38,076 bases of DNA from a virus (IMGVR_UViG_3300028392_000013:1-38076), one strand, 5' to 3'. Shown: positions 25,608-35,882, counted from the stretch's first letter. Numbers and translations are program-made. Notes: a model not told the origin generated them from the letters alone.

Positions 25608-27236
25608 ATGAGCTACTCACCGCCCGCAACAGTTAGAGCAAACGCAGCTCGCGGTTTAGAACTCAGATCCAAATACAATCGCGGCGGCACCGCTGTAGGT
25701 GTAGCTCGCGGCAGAGATTTATCAAACGGCACCAGCGTATCGTTAGACACGATCCAACGAATGAACTCCTACTTCGCTAGGCACGAAGTGGACAAACAAA
25801 GCGAAGGCTGGGGAACAGACTCAGCTGGATACATCGCATGGTTGTTATGGGGGGGAGATGCAGGATGGTCATGGGCTAAGGGTATTCTTAGAGATGAAAA
25901 CAAGAAGGATAAAGCAGCAATGGAAAATTATGCAAACGGCTACGCAGCGATCATTAAAAGTGAGAAGCAAGCTGACGGCACGCTAAAGGTTTACGGCAAA
26001 GCAACAGATGACGCCTTAGACATCGACAGCCAGATCTGCGACGAAGGCTGGTTGAAGAAGGCAATGCCTGACTGGTTTACCACGGGCGGCAACATCCGCG
26101 AACAGCACAGCAACATAGCTGCTGGCGTTGCAACCGACTACGAAAGCAAGGCAGACGGACACTACATCACCGCCCTTGTTGTTGATCCCGTATCGGTTAG
26201 GAAAGTTGAAACAGGTGTGCTAAAAGGTTTCAGCATTGGTATTAGGGGACCTAGAGTAGTAAGAGATGAAAAGGCTGCGAACGGCAGGATCATCGACGGA
26301 CAGATCGTAGAAGTTTCACTCGTCGACAGACCAGCAAACCCGAACGCAAAACTGATGCTCGCGAAAGCGGCGGAAAGCGGTGAACTGATGGCAGTAAACC
26401 AGACAGCGAGTCCAGCTGACGTGGCACGCATGATCACGAAAAGCGAAGAACCAGAAGCAACGACTGAAGAAGTTGTTGAAACCCCTGCAGTTGAAGAAGC
26501 AGCTCCAGCGGTCGAAGAAGTTGTTGAAGACGAAGTGAAGAAGGAAGACGACACAGAAGCGATCGCGGCTGTTGATCCTGAAACCGAACAAACCGTAAAG
26601 GCGATCCTTGCAGACCTAATCAAGTTTGACCAAGGCAAATACGATGCAGCGATCAACGCGATCAGCGACCTGATCATTGTTGAAGCAAACGAGCAGAAGG
26701 CAGGATCCAACGAGATCGACTCAATCAGTGAACTGCTTGAAGCCGTCAAACACTTATACCACTGGTATGCGGGCGAAGCAGCTGAAGGCGAAGTCGCAGA
26801 CGCAAACCCTGAGATCATAGAAGAAGCAGAGATCGAAGCGGTTGAACCGTGCGAGAGCTGCGGACAGATGATCTGCCTTTGCAGCAAGGCAGCAACTCCA
26901 GACTTAGGTGCCGATCAAATTGACGGCATCATCGAAAAGGCGATTGCGTCAGCACGCGAATCAGTGACAGCTGAGCTAGAGCTTCTGAAAGCGGCAACCA
27001 CTGCCGCGGAGCAGAAGACAGCTGAGCTACAGACAGAGCTAGAGATCGCATTATCGAAAGCAGCTGCGGGTGGACCTAAGCGTGCCGCAGCAACAATCCC
27101 CGTAAAGCAGGTAAACGAAATGCTTTTGAAAGCAGCCGAATACCGCAACAAGGCAAACACCACGCTAGACAAGATGCTCCAAAAGGGCTACCTTGAGATT
27201 GCTGGTGACCTTGAACAAGAAGCTCGCAAGGGCTAG
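25608..27236 (+). CDS. Prohead protease/scaffold fusion with extra N-terminal domain
   Basis: NIREQH, LKGFSIG, EVSLVDRPANP; acidic coiled-coil C-terminal half. Confidence 0.88.
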   Translation: MSYSPPATVRANAARGLELRSKYNRGGTAVGVARGRDLSNGTSVSLDTIQRMNSYFARHEVDKQSEGWGTDSAGYIAWLLWGGDAGWSWAKGILRDENKKDKAAMENYANGYAAIIKSEKQADGTLKVYGKATDDALDIDSQICDEGWLKKAMPDWFTTGGNIREQHSNIAAGVATDYESKADGHYITALVVDPVSVRKVETGVLKGFSIGIRGPRVVRDEKAANGRIIDGQIVEVSLVDRPANPNAKLMLAKAAESGELMAVNQTASPADVARMITKSEEPEATTEEVVETPAVEEAAPAVEEVVEDEVKKEDDTEAIAAVDPETEQTVKAILADLIKFDQGKYDAAINAISDLIIVEANEQKAGSNEIDSISELLEAVKHLYHWYAGEAAEGEVADANPEIIEEAEIEAVEPCESCGQMICLCSKAATPDLGADQIDGIIEKAIASARESVTAELELLKAATTAAEQKTAELQTELEIALSKAAAGGPKRAAATIPVKQVNEMLLKAAEYRNKANTTLDKMLQKGYLEIAGDLEQEARKG

Positions 27237-27247
27237 AAGGAGTCCAC

Positions 27248-28894
27248 ATGGACGCCATGAAAGCAGCCGACCTCTTCGCTGACGCAGAGTCACCGAAGAT
27301 GGCAGCACAGCGACACGATGAATATCTTGAGTCGCTAAACAAGTCATTAAGCTCAGGAGCAACAGCTCCTAACCAAGCACCGACAGTAGATCCAACAGCA
27401 CAGTTGGAAATGCTTGCGATCAACAAGTCACTTGCTCCAGAAGCAGTGGCAGCTTTGAACACCGCACTAGCCGCACAGCGATCCGCTTCAGCTGACATCA
27501 TCAAGGACATCACCCTGAGCTCACCGCTGTCTACCAGCTTTGCTCAGTACGACCTTGAAGCTCCAGCTAAGCTCTTAACTCCTAGACCCACACCACTTAG
27601 GAACAAACTCGTACGTAAAAAAGGAATCGGTACATCACATCGAGTCAAGCGTATAACTGGTTTCACTGGTACAGGTACTGGTGGTCAGGGACAAGTTTGG
27701 CCGGGCGTCACCGAATCAACAACCACCACTTTTGGATCCATCGCGTTCCAGCGTGGACCTAAGATCAGCTACACCGCTGACGACCTTAACGTTCCTTATT
27801 TCAGCTACTCATTGTCTGATGCAGTTTCATGGGACGCTAACTATTCAGCGTTAGGTTTTCAAGACCTACGTCAGCTAAGCACCACGTCAACTCTTTACGC
27901 AGCAATGCTTATGGAAGAACGTATGTTGTTGATGAGCCGCGGAACCGCGTCTGGTTTGTCTGGTGCACTTGCTGCACCGACGATCACACTGACACAGCAA
28001 GCAGCTGCAACAGGTGCAACAGGTCTAGCAAACGGAACATATTATGTCCGTGTTACAGCTGACGCTGGAGCTTTTGGTGAATCAGTTTCTTCTACTGAAG
28101 GATCGATCACAATCAGCTCAACACAATCACTAACAATTACAGTGACCGCACCAGCAAGCACCGTCGGTGTTCTTGGCTACAACGTCTATATTGGATCATC
28201 AACAGGTGCAGCGAACACCAAGTATCAGGGACGTTTCACATCCCTAGCAGGTATCGTAAACTCAGCTGGTCCAACAACCAATGACAACCTTGTCTACTCA
28301 ACCACCTCTGCCAGAGTTCCATCAGCTGCGACTGACACATCAGCATACGCAACTGGATACGATGGTGTCCTATCGCAGATTTTTGCGAACGGAACCGTGA
28401 ACAGAATTAACTCACAGTTCTCAACAGCGAATCCCGGCGTCGAGTTCCAAACAGTTTTCGGAACTCTATGGGACAGCGTCAAGGGTGACCCTGACGAGAT
28501 CTGGTTGAACGGATCAGACCGCAAGCAGCTGTCAGACTCGATCAAGAATGGATCAACAGCAAACTACCGTTTGAACTTGAACCAGACTGAAGCGGGTGAC
28601 TATGTTGGTGGTGCAGTTATCGGTGCGTTGAACAACGAGATCACAGGTAAGCTCGTCAACCTTTCAGTGCACCCTTGGCTACCACAGGGCGTGGCTCCAG
28701 TGCTGTCTTACACCTTGCCGATCCCAGACACTCAGGTGTCTGACGTTTGGTCAGTTGTGAACGTGCAGGATTACCAAGGAGTTCAATGGCCGGTGACACA
28801 GTTCGCTTACGAGAACTCTGTGTACTGGCGTGGAACCCTTGTAGCTTACGCACCTGCATGGAACGCTGTTGTATCAGGTATCAAGTCTGCTTAA
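27248..28894 (+). CDS. Major capsid protein with inserted Ig/FN3-like domain
   Basis: Follows protease, strong RBS, biased codon use, followed by a terminator; TPLRNKL, VHPWLPQG. Confidence 0.88.
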   Translation: MDAMKAADLFADAESPKMAAQRHDEYLESLNKSLSSGATAPNQAPTVDPTAQLEMLAINKSLAPEAVAALNTALAAQRSASADIIKDITLSSPLSTSFAQYDLEAPAKLLTPRPTPLRNKLVRKKGIGTSHRVKRITGFTGTGTGGQGQVWPGVTESTTTTFGSIAFQRGPKISYTADDLNVPYFSYSLSDAVSWDANYSALGFQDLRQLSTTSTLYAAMLMEERMLLMSRGTASGLSGALAAPTITLTQQAAATGATGLANGTYYVRVTADAGAFGESVSSTEGSITISSTQSLTITVTAPASTVGVLGYNVYIGSSTGAANTKYQGRFTSLAGIVNSAGPTTNDNLVYSTTSARVPSAATDTSAYATGYDGVLSQIFANGTVNRINSQFSTANPGVEFQTVFGTLWDSVKGDPDEIWLNGSDRKQLSDSIKNGSTANYRLNLNQTEAGDYVGGAVIGALNNEITGKLVNLSVHPWLPQGVAPVLSYTLPIPDTQVSDVWSVVNVQDYQGVQWPVTQFAYENSVYWRGTLVAYAPAWNAVVSGIKSA

Positions 28895-28917
28895 TTTTTA
28901 GGCGGCTAAACTAGTAG

Positions 28918-28959
28918 GGAGCCGATCTGCTTAAACGGCGGATCGGCTCCTTTACTTTT
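28918..28959 (+). terminator. Intrinsic terminator after the capsid gene
   Basis: ggagccgatctgc-ttaaacg-gcggatcggctcc followed by tttactttt. Confidence 0.85.
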
Positions 28960-28973
28960 AGAAGGAGCAACCG

Positions 28974-29225
28974 ATGGCTAGATTGTTAGTCCCGAACGAC
29001 GGCATGCGTGGCGTCGACATTGAAACACCACGCGGCACGATCAAGATCAACGCAGACAAAGCTGGTGCAGTTGAGATCACAGATCAAAGAACGCTGGCAG
29101 CTTTGAAGGCGGAAGGTTTCACCACGGGAGCAACAGCGGCAGGGTTCGGGCAATGCTATCCTTGCGATTGCGGACACCCGTCAGTTTTTAGGGTTTGCGG
29201 AAAGTGCGGTAAAGACAATGGCTAA
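28974..29225 (+). CDS. Small zinc-ribbon protein
   Basis: CDCGH..CGKCG; AAGGAG RBS. Confidence 0.75.
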   Translation: MARLLVPNDGMRGVDIETPRGTIKINADKAGAVEITDQRTLAALKAEGFTTGATAAGFGQCYPCDCGHPSVFRVCGKCGKDNG

Positions 29226-30111
29226 TGCGATCACACCGATCACCCGCCAATTTAGTCAGCCTTATCTTACGTTGCAGGAGTTCAAGAACGCACCGACGGC
29301 ACTGGACTACGGCAACCTTGTAGTTGGCGGCAACCAAGCAGCTCAGGACGCGGAGCTCACAAACGCGATCACAAGGGCAAGCAGCTACATCGACCAGTTC
29401 TGCAACCAGATCCTAGGAGCAACCGCAGACACCGAGCAGCAACGCGTCAGGATCCGTCCAGACGGCACTATACGCTTTCACCCGAAGTACAACCCGATCG
29501 TAGCGTTGACGGCTTTCAGCTACGGCTACACGCCTTTAGACCTGACCACCGTGGCAGATCCGTCGGTCGCTTGGATTGAAGAACAAGAAGTGATCTTGCC
29601 TTACGCACAGATCGCATTGAACCAGAGCAGCCAAGGACCGCTAGGGTTCGGCTACCCGTCATCAAGCAGGGCTGAAACTTTCATCCGCTACAGCTACATC
29701 AACGGCTGGGCAAACACCACCACCGCAGCAAGTGCAACCGCAGGAGCAACCAGCCTGACGCTAAGCGACGGGCTAGGAATCACCGCGGGCAGTAGCCTAC
29801 GCATTTACGACGGAGCAAGCAGTGAGCTCGTCACAGTTGCCAGCTCCTACACTTTCGGATCAACAACGGTGCCATTGACCGCAGCGATCGCATACGCACA
29901 CGCCGCGGGGATTAGCGTAAGCAACTTGCCAGCTGCGATTAAAGAAGCAGCGATTCTGATGACCAGTGCCTACTTGAAGATCCGCGGCGACGCATCCATG
30001 GTCATGGACATCACCAACACACCAACAAACCAGATCACAGGAAGCTCAGGAGTAGGCACCGACATCGCACACGTGCAACAGATCCTAAAACCGTTTGTAA
30101 GGATCCGATGA
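29218..30111 (+). CDS. Head-to-tail adaptor with inserted beta domain
   Basis: YLTLQEFK, ITRASSYIDQFC, LPAAIKEAAI, ILKPFVRIR. Confidence 0.75.
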   Translation: MANAITPITRQFSQPYLTLQEFKNAPTALDYGNLVVGGNQAAQDAELTNAITRASSYIDQFCNQILGATADTEQQRVRIRPDGTIRFHPKYNPIVALTAFSYGYTPLDLTTVADPSVAWIEEQEVILPYAQIALNQSSQGPLGFGYPSSSRAETFIRYSYINGWANTTTAASATAGATSLTLSDGLGITAGSSLRIYDGASSELVTVASSYTFGSTTVPLTAAIAYAHAAGISVSNLPAAIKEAAILMTSAYLKIRGDASMVMDITNTPTNQITGSSGVGTDIAHVQQILKPFVRIR

Positions 30112-30602
30112 GCCGCAACCAAGTCCGAACCAAAGTGGCGACATGGATCGCAGACGCAGCGATCACAAACCTTAACCAAGTCTTTACGTCACACCCGAAA
30201 CGAATCAACTTTGAACAGAACGCTACCGCGGGACAAGCAACCCGTGCAGCTGGGCTGGTTTTCATTGCGGGCGAAACCGAAGAACGCATCGCGGTCGGCG
30301 GAGCTTACAGCGGATGGAAACGCGTCGACTACGATGTGCAGTTTCAGGTTTACACACACAGCATGCAGAACTATGCTCAAGACGCTATGGATGATTTTGA
30401 TGCGATCATAGATGCCATTAAAGATCGTGTGCGTAGTGGCGGGCATAGACTAGGGGAGTCAGATGGAACCATTATCTGGCAGGTCGGCGAAGGCACAAGA
30501 CAGATCAGTGTCATCTACGGCGAACCAAAAACTAACGACGGCGGAGCAACAGAGATCTGGGCAGCTGTCGAATTTGAAGTAACACAAATGATCCAAGCGT
30601 AA
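30108..30602 (+). CDS. Tail terminator / neck protein
   Basis: Position and size between adaptor and tail tube. Confidence 0.6.
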   Translation: MSRNQVRTKVATWIADAAITNLNQVFTSHPKRINFEQNATAGQATRAAGLVFIAGETEERIAVGGAYSGWKRVDYDVQFQVYTHSMQNYAQDAMDDFDAIIDAIKDRVRSGGHRLGESDGTIIWQVGEGTRQISVIYGEPKTNDGGATEIWAAVEFEVTQMIQA

Positions 30603-30611
30603 GGAATAACG

Positions 30612-30824
30612 ATGGCAACCTACAAGAACATAACTGCGGCAGCGGTGACCTTTCCAACTTTGAAGGACGCAGACGGCAACGTGCTAGTTGTTGAAGCGGG
30701 TGCAACTTTCGATGGACCAGATGGACTAACCAACGCTGAAGTTGAATTGACCAGCAAGGCGACGGCTAAAAGCACGCCCGCAACTTTAGATCTAACCGAC
30801 ACCACCGACACCACTAAGGAATAG
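30612..30824 (+). CDS. Small hypothetical virion-module protein
   Basis: 70 aa with RBS, before the tail tube gene. Confidence 0.65.
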   Translation: MATYKNITAAAVTFPTLKDADGNVLVVEAGATFDGPDGLTNAEVELTSKATAKSTPATLDLTDTTDTTKE

Positions 30825-30826
30825 AA

Positions 30827-31807
30827 ATGACAGCACAAAACTCCGTCAGAAGTTATATCGGCATTGCCAAGGAAGCAACAAAGGGCACCGCGGTAGCACC
30901 GACGGCATACATCCCTGTTGCAGTGAGCAAGCTCAAGGTTGAAGACATCATTGATCCGTTATACGACGAAGGGCTACGCGGATCCCCGATCAAAACTTAT
31001 GACCTGATCCAAGGCAGAACCAGATCTACCTTTGAGTTTGGTGGTCCAGTGTTCGCTGACACGATCGGCTGGAGCATTGCGGGACTACTTGGAAAAGTTA
31101 CAACCGTCACAGCAACACCGAACGTGCACACAATCAAGCTGAAGAACTTGACGACCACAGCTGCAGATGTGCAACCGACCGCGTTCACTTTGACCGACTT
31201 TTATGCGGCAAACGTTAGAGCATACCCCGGCTGTCAGATCAGCGATTTCACTCTAAACTTTTCAGCTGATGGACTTTTAGATTACGACGCGAAGGCGACG
31301 GGTTTCATAAGTGCAACCGCGTCAGTTCCAACTCCAACTTTTACAACCGTCCTAGCAACACCTGCATGGCAGACAGCTCTAACCGTTGGTGGATCCACGA
31401 TCACAAACAGCGTTGAAGGTTCGATCACCATGAGCAGACCAGTGACACCAATCTACGGCTTGGCTAACGTAAAGGATCCGTTTGCCATCTTCCTAGGAGC
31501 TTTAGAAGTGAAAGGAAACCTACGCTTTGTCATGGAAGCAGACACAGAGCTCACCCGTTACCTAACCAACACGCAACCAACGATCACACTGACATGGAAC
31601 AACGGTGGAACAGGTGCAGGTTTGACTGAGCTCAAGGCAACAATCACCGAAGGTGCATACACGATGGCATCCATCGATCGCGGAAAAGATTTCGTTGAGA
31701 TTGTTGTAGACATTACAGGTCTAGGAAACACCACAGACGCAGACACAGGATACTCAGCAATCCAGTGGAGCTTGAAGAACTCAGTAGCAGCAAGCGTCTA
31801 CCAGTAG
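30827..31807 (+). CDS. Major tail (tube) protein
   Basis: SYIGIAKEATKGTAVAPT N-terminus; beta-rich; upstream of chaperone and tape measure. Confidence 0.85.
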   Translation: MTAQNSVRSYIGIAKEATKGTAVAPTAYIPVAVSKLKVEDIIDPLYDEGLRGSPIKTYDLIQGRTRSTFEFGGPVFADTIGWSIAGLLGKVTTVTATPNVHTIKLKNLTTTAADVQPTAFTLTDFYAANVRAYPGCQISDFTLNFSADGLLDYDAKATGFISATASVPTPTFTTVLATPAWQTALTVGGSTITNSVEGSITMSRPVTPIYGLANVKDPFAIFLGALEVKGNLRFVMEADTELTRYLTNTQPTITLTWNNGGTGAGLTELKATITEGAYTMASIDRGKDFVEIVVDITGLGNTTDADTGYSAIQWSLKNSVAASVYQ

Positions 31808-31812
31808 CAGAA

Positions 31813-31888
31813 GTGGCGGTCGCGGCTTCGGTTAGCCTATCCCCCGCGACCGTCCACCCTTAAACAAAATAGGCAGAAGAAGGCTAAC
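31813..31888 (+). promoter_or_regulatory. Hairpin whose loop can pair with the downstream translation start (pseudoknot)
   Basis: Stem 31817-31825/31844-31852; loop GTTAGCCT (31831-31838) complementary to AGGCTAAC (31881-31888). Confidence 0.6.
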
Positions 31889-31889
31889 G

Positions 31890-32243
31890 ATGAGCAACAA
31901 GATCACACTCCCTAGCGGAGAAAACGTAACACTAAAAGACGCATCAACTTTGAAGCAGAAGGATCGCGAAAAGATCTATCCGCTTATGCAAGGCGACAAC
32001 GTCAGCGTTGCAACCACGGCATCACTTACAAGCACCCTGCTCTCAATAATTATTGTCAGCTGGTCATTTGAATTGTTGATCCCAAGCGTGCAACCAGACA
32101 CCCTAGGCGAACTTGACATCGCAGACTACGACGCTTTAGCAGAGCACGCAGAACCAGCATTGATGGCTTTGTTCCCTAGCCTTGCCAAAACGATCGCAAA
32201 CGAGCAAGACCCAAAAGCGACTACCGCAAGCTCCAACGATTAA
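31890..32243 (+). CDS. Tail assembly chaperone (gpG-like)
   Basis: Follows tail tube; ends DPK at the slippery site. Confidence 0.85.
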   Translation: MSNKITLPSGENVTLKDASTLKQKDREKIYPLMQGDNVSVATTASLTSTLLSIIIVSWSFELLIPSVQPDTLGELDIADYDALAEHAEPALMALFPSLAKTIANEQDPKATTASSND

Positions 32244-32437
32244 AGTGGCTGCTCAAAGGGAATGAACGTGACGACTCACTGGAATACCCTGATCGAGAAT
32301 GGCGGTACTTTGTGCTTGCGGATCGGTTCGGCTGGACACCAACACAGGTCGACAACGAACCTGCACCGCTGATGGATTGGATGATCGCGATCGCGGGCGT
32401 TGCTAAAGAAGTCGAGATTGAAGAATTGAAGAAGTAA
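31890..32437 (+). CDS. Tail assembly chaperone gpGT-like, via -1 frameshift at C CCA AAA (32210-32216)
   Basis: The -1 frame is open 32216-32437: SDYRKLQRLKW...ADRFGWTPTQVD...LKK*. Confidence 0.85.
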
Positions 32438-32892
32438 TGAGCAACAGCGTAAAGGTCAACAACGTTGCAAGCGTGATCCGCATGCTGACACTTGACGCAG
32501 ACAAGATTGAAAAGGCGGCGGTCTACGCTTTGAGTCAAGTTGCTTTCACAGTGGAACGCGAAGCTAAGCTCAACGCAAGTGGACCACCACGTAAACGTGA
32601 AGCAAGCGGCAAGACAACACCGCCGCGACATGTTGGCTGGGCAGGTGAAGGACCGAACGTGATCAGCGGATCACTTCGCAGATCCATACACACCGAAGTC
32701 AAACGCCAAGGGTTCGGCGATTACGTGGCAACAGTTTCACCGACAATGATTTATGCTCGATCGGTTGAACTAGGAAACCCTAGGTGGAAGTCGGGGGTAA
32801 AATATCCTTATCTGATACCCGCAGCAAACAGTGTGCGTCCAAGGATGAACCAGATTTTTATGACAGCATACAAACGGAAACGGCAGCAATAG
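32437..32892 (+). CDS. HK97 gp10-like neck/tail-completion protein
   Basis: SGSLRRSI, YARSVELG, YPYLIPA. Confidence 0.8.
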   Translation: MSNSVKVNNVASVIRMLTLDADKIEKAAVYALSQVAFTVEREAKLNASGPPRKREASGKTTPPRHVGWAGEGPNVISGSLRRSIHTEVKRQGFGDYVATVSPTMIYARSVELGNPRWKSGVKYPYLIPAANSVRPRMNQIFMTAYKRKRQQ

Positions 32893-34998
32893 ATGGCGAA
32901 CCTAGACAAACTGGTGGTTGAGCTACAGCTTGAAACCGCTGGCATGAAGGCACAGCTCGAAGCAGCTGAAGGTCAGATCCGTAAACTTTCCACCAACGTA
33001 GCTGCAGCGGCGGCACCTGTAGACAAACTTAAAGGATCGTTTCAAAAATTAGGTGCCACATTAGGTGCCACGTTTGCAGCGGCAGTAACCATCAACTTTT
33101 TGAAAAACTCTGCCAAGGCAGCATCGGAAGACGCTAAAAGCCAAGTCGTTCTTGAAGGTGCGATGAGAAGGGTAGCTCACGCATCCGCCGATCAAGTTAG
33201 CGTGGTCGATCAGCAACTAAGCAAACTTTCAATGTTGGTCAACGTAGCCGACGACGACCTTAGACCCGCCCTTGCAACGTTGATCAGATCCACTGGCGAT
33301 ACAGACAAGTCCATGCGAATGTTAAACTTAGCGTTAAACATTTCAGCGGACACAGGTAAAGACGTGACATCAGTGAGCTTAATCCTGTCGCGAGCTTTGA
33401 CGGGAAACCTTACAGCGTTAAATAAGTTGTTGCCGGGAATAAAAAATTCTAAAGACTGGTTAAACAAACTTGAAACTTCATTCGATGGTTCTGCAAAAGC
33501 GGCAGCAAAAAAAGATCCAATAAAAAACTTGCAGATAACGTTCAATGAGATGCAGGAAACAATTGGTAGAGTTTTGATCCCTTACTTAACCAAGTTTGCG
33601 GAATGGTTTGTTTCAATACAACCGCTAGTAGCTCAACTGCTCCCTATTGTTTTAGGGCTTGTCGCGGGCTTTGTCACTTGGAAAGTTGCAACCACGGCGT
33701 TAACAATTGCCATGACTTTATATGAAGGCGTTGTAGCTTTGAGCACAATCGCGACTGAAGGATTTACAGTTGCATTAGCAAGTACAGGTATCGGTGCGAT
33801 CGCAATTGCGGTCGGTTTACTTGTTGCTGGCTTGGTCGCTTTGAACGGACAGATGGATGTGGCAAGCACAGATCGCACAATTACCTCAAACGCATACGAC
33901 GAATCAGTAGCCGCCAAGATTGCAGCGGGTGCAAAAGCGGCAGGTGAAAAGGCACGTAAAGCTTTTATGGCGGCATACGAAAAGGAGCATGGAGCTCAAC
34001 TACATATCATCTTGAACGGCGTTGATTATGGTGTTACAAATGATGAAGCTCAACGACAAGGTGAGATCGCTGCTGGAAAAGCTTACAGAATAGAAGAAGC
34101 AAGACTGACCGCTAAATATTCTTTGACTAAACCACCACCAACATCAACATCAACAGAAGATACCAAGCTAAAAGAGTATTTGAAGTCGACACAAGGTCAA
34201 ATAACTAAACTGCTTAAAGAATATAACGACAAAGTTAAATCGTTAACCAAGGATTATCAAGACGCACTGACAAATAGGATCCAAGATTTCAAGAAAACGT
34301 TTTCATCAGCTGTCCAATTTAGTCTTGGCGACATGTTTATGGCGGGAGCACAATCGGGCACCGCACTGGTCGACGGGCTAAAGTCAAAGCTCGAAGGAAT
34401 CAAAAATTTCAGTAGCAACATTGCCAAACTTACGGCGGCAGGATTTACGTCAGACTTTACGCAACAAGTCGTAGAAGCAGGTCCGATCCTTGGCAGTGAA
34501 ATGTCGAAAGCGATCCTAAGCTCTTCACCTGAAGTGCAAGCACAGTTAAAGCAGCTGTTCGCTGACACACAAGACGCAACAGCTCACGGCGTGGACTTTA
34601 TCGGAAACTCGATCGTCAGCGAATTCAAGGCGGCAGCGGATACCTTGTCGGCGGCGTTGACCAAACTGGCGACAGCCTTGAATGCCAGCCTTGAAAAGAT
34701 TGGCAGCAAACTAAACACAAAGCTGCTGGGCAGCACAAGCAAACAACTGAAAGACGCAAGCACCGACATCGGCAACACCCGCAACATGCTCAACGGTAGC
34801 TACGCAAACACAGTACCAACAACAGGATCCAACACGGTGAACGGTTTGAACCAAGCAGCGTTAACCAACACAGGAGTTAACTCCACGTTCCAGATCAACA
34901 CCACCGCCTTATCCAACGCAAGCCCTGAACTAATCACACAGACAATCGTAAACGGGATCAAGTTCGGTCTGCCTACATTGGCAGGAAACACCGAATGA
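32893..34998 (+). CDS. Tape measure protein
   Basis: 701 aa, Ala/Leu-rich helical with central hydrophobic segments. Confidence 0.9.
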   Translation: MANLDKLVVELQLETAGMKAQLEAAEGQIRKLSTNVAAAAAPVDKLKGSFQKLGATLGATFAAAVTINFLKNSAKAASEDAKSQVVLEGAMRRVAHASADQVSVVDQQLSKLSMLVNVADDDLRPALATLIRSTGDTDKSMRMLNLALNISADTGKDVTSVSLILSRALTGNLTALNKLLPGIKNSKDWLNKLETSFDGSAKAAAKKDPIKNLQITFNEMQETIGRVLIPYLTKFAEWFVSIQPLVAQLLPIVLGLVAGFVTWKVATTALTIAMTLYEGVVALSTIATEGFTVALASTGIGAIAIAVGLLVAGLVALNGQMDVASTDRTITSNAYDESVAAKIAAGAKAAGEKARKAFMAAYEKEHGAQLHIILNGVDYGVTNDEAQRQGEIAAGKAYRIEEARLTAKYSLTKPPPTSTSTEDTKLKEYLKSTQGQITKLLKEYNDKVKSLTKDYQDALTNRIQDFKKTFSSAVQFSLGDMFMAGAQSGTALVDGLKSKLEGIKNFSSNIAKLTAAGFTSDFTQQVVEAGPILGSEMSKAILSSSPEVQAQLKQLFADTQDATAHGVDFIGNSIVSEFKAAADTLSAALTKLATALNASLEKIGSKLNTKLLGSTSKQLKDASTDIGNTRNMLNGSYANTVPTTGSNTVNGLNQAALTNTGVNSTFQINTTALSNASPELITQTIVNGIKFGLPTLAGNTE

Positions 34999-35014
34999 TT
35001 GAAAAGGAGCAGCC

Positions 35015-35875
35015 GTGCCTTTAGCAAATTATAGCTTTCAGTTTGGAACAAGCAGCCCGTTCATTTTTGGAGCAGGGACACCGTTTCAGATCATCAACGA
35101 AGAAGGGCTCGCAAGTTTGCCGCCGATGCGTGTGCAGGACGACGATCGCGGATACAACGACGGCATGTATTCAGGTCGCGACTTTTACAGCGGACGCATG
35201 ATTAGCTTGACGATCCACACGTTCGCGGGCAACGGACTAAGTGCAGCTCAAAACTTTGAACTATTAAAAGCCGCGTTGATCCCGCAGCAACAAGGCACCA
35301 CACCGCTGCTCTTTCAACTGAGCAACACAGACACCACCAAGACCATACAAGCCCGCGTGCGGTCACGAACAACACCAATCGACCCTGAATACACTTTTGG
35401 CTTTATTAGGTCGCAGATCAACCTGTTCTGTCCTGATCCGCGGTATTTTGATACGACGGTGCAAAGCCTAAGTTTGAACCCGCAACCTTTCAGCGGACGC
35501 AGCTACAGCCGAACCTACTCATTGAGCTACGGTGCAGGAAGCTACACAAACACGGGCACGATCACAAACAGCGGACGAGTCACCACTTACCCGTCGATCA
35601 CAATCACGGGACCAGCAACGCTGCCATCGATCACAAACGTGACAACCAATCAAACCGTATCGATTAACTACACGTTGGTAACGGGCGATACAATGGTAGT
35701 GGATTTAGACGCAAAACAGATCACGCTTAACGGATCCGCAGCTCGCAACTTGCTGGCAAACGGATCGCAATGGTTCGGTTGTGGACTTGGAAACACTACG
35801 ATCAGTTTCAACGCAACAGGAACAACGCTAGGCGTGAGCACCATCACCGCGACCTATCAATCCGCATACATCTAG
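35015..35875 (+). CDS. Distal tail (Dit)-like protein
   Basis: After tape measure; FCPDPRYF, TNSGRVTTYPSITITGP. Confidence 0.8.
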   Translation: MPLANYSFQFGTSSPFIFGAGTPFQIINEEGLASLPPMRVQDDDRGYNDGMYSGRDFYSGRMISLTIHTFAGNGLSAAQNFELLKAALIPQQQGTTPLLFQLSNTDTTKTIQARVRSRTTPIDPEYTFGFIRSQINLFCPDPRYFDTTVQSLSLNPQPFSGRSYSRTYSLSYGAGSYTNTGTITNSGRVTTYPSITITGPATLPSITNVTTNQTVSINYTLVTGDTMVVDLDAKQITLNGSAARNLLANGSQWFGCGLGNTTISFNATGTTLGVSTITATYQSAYI

Positions 35876-35882
35876 GAGCATC

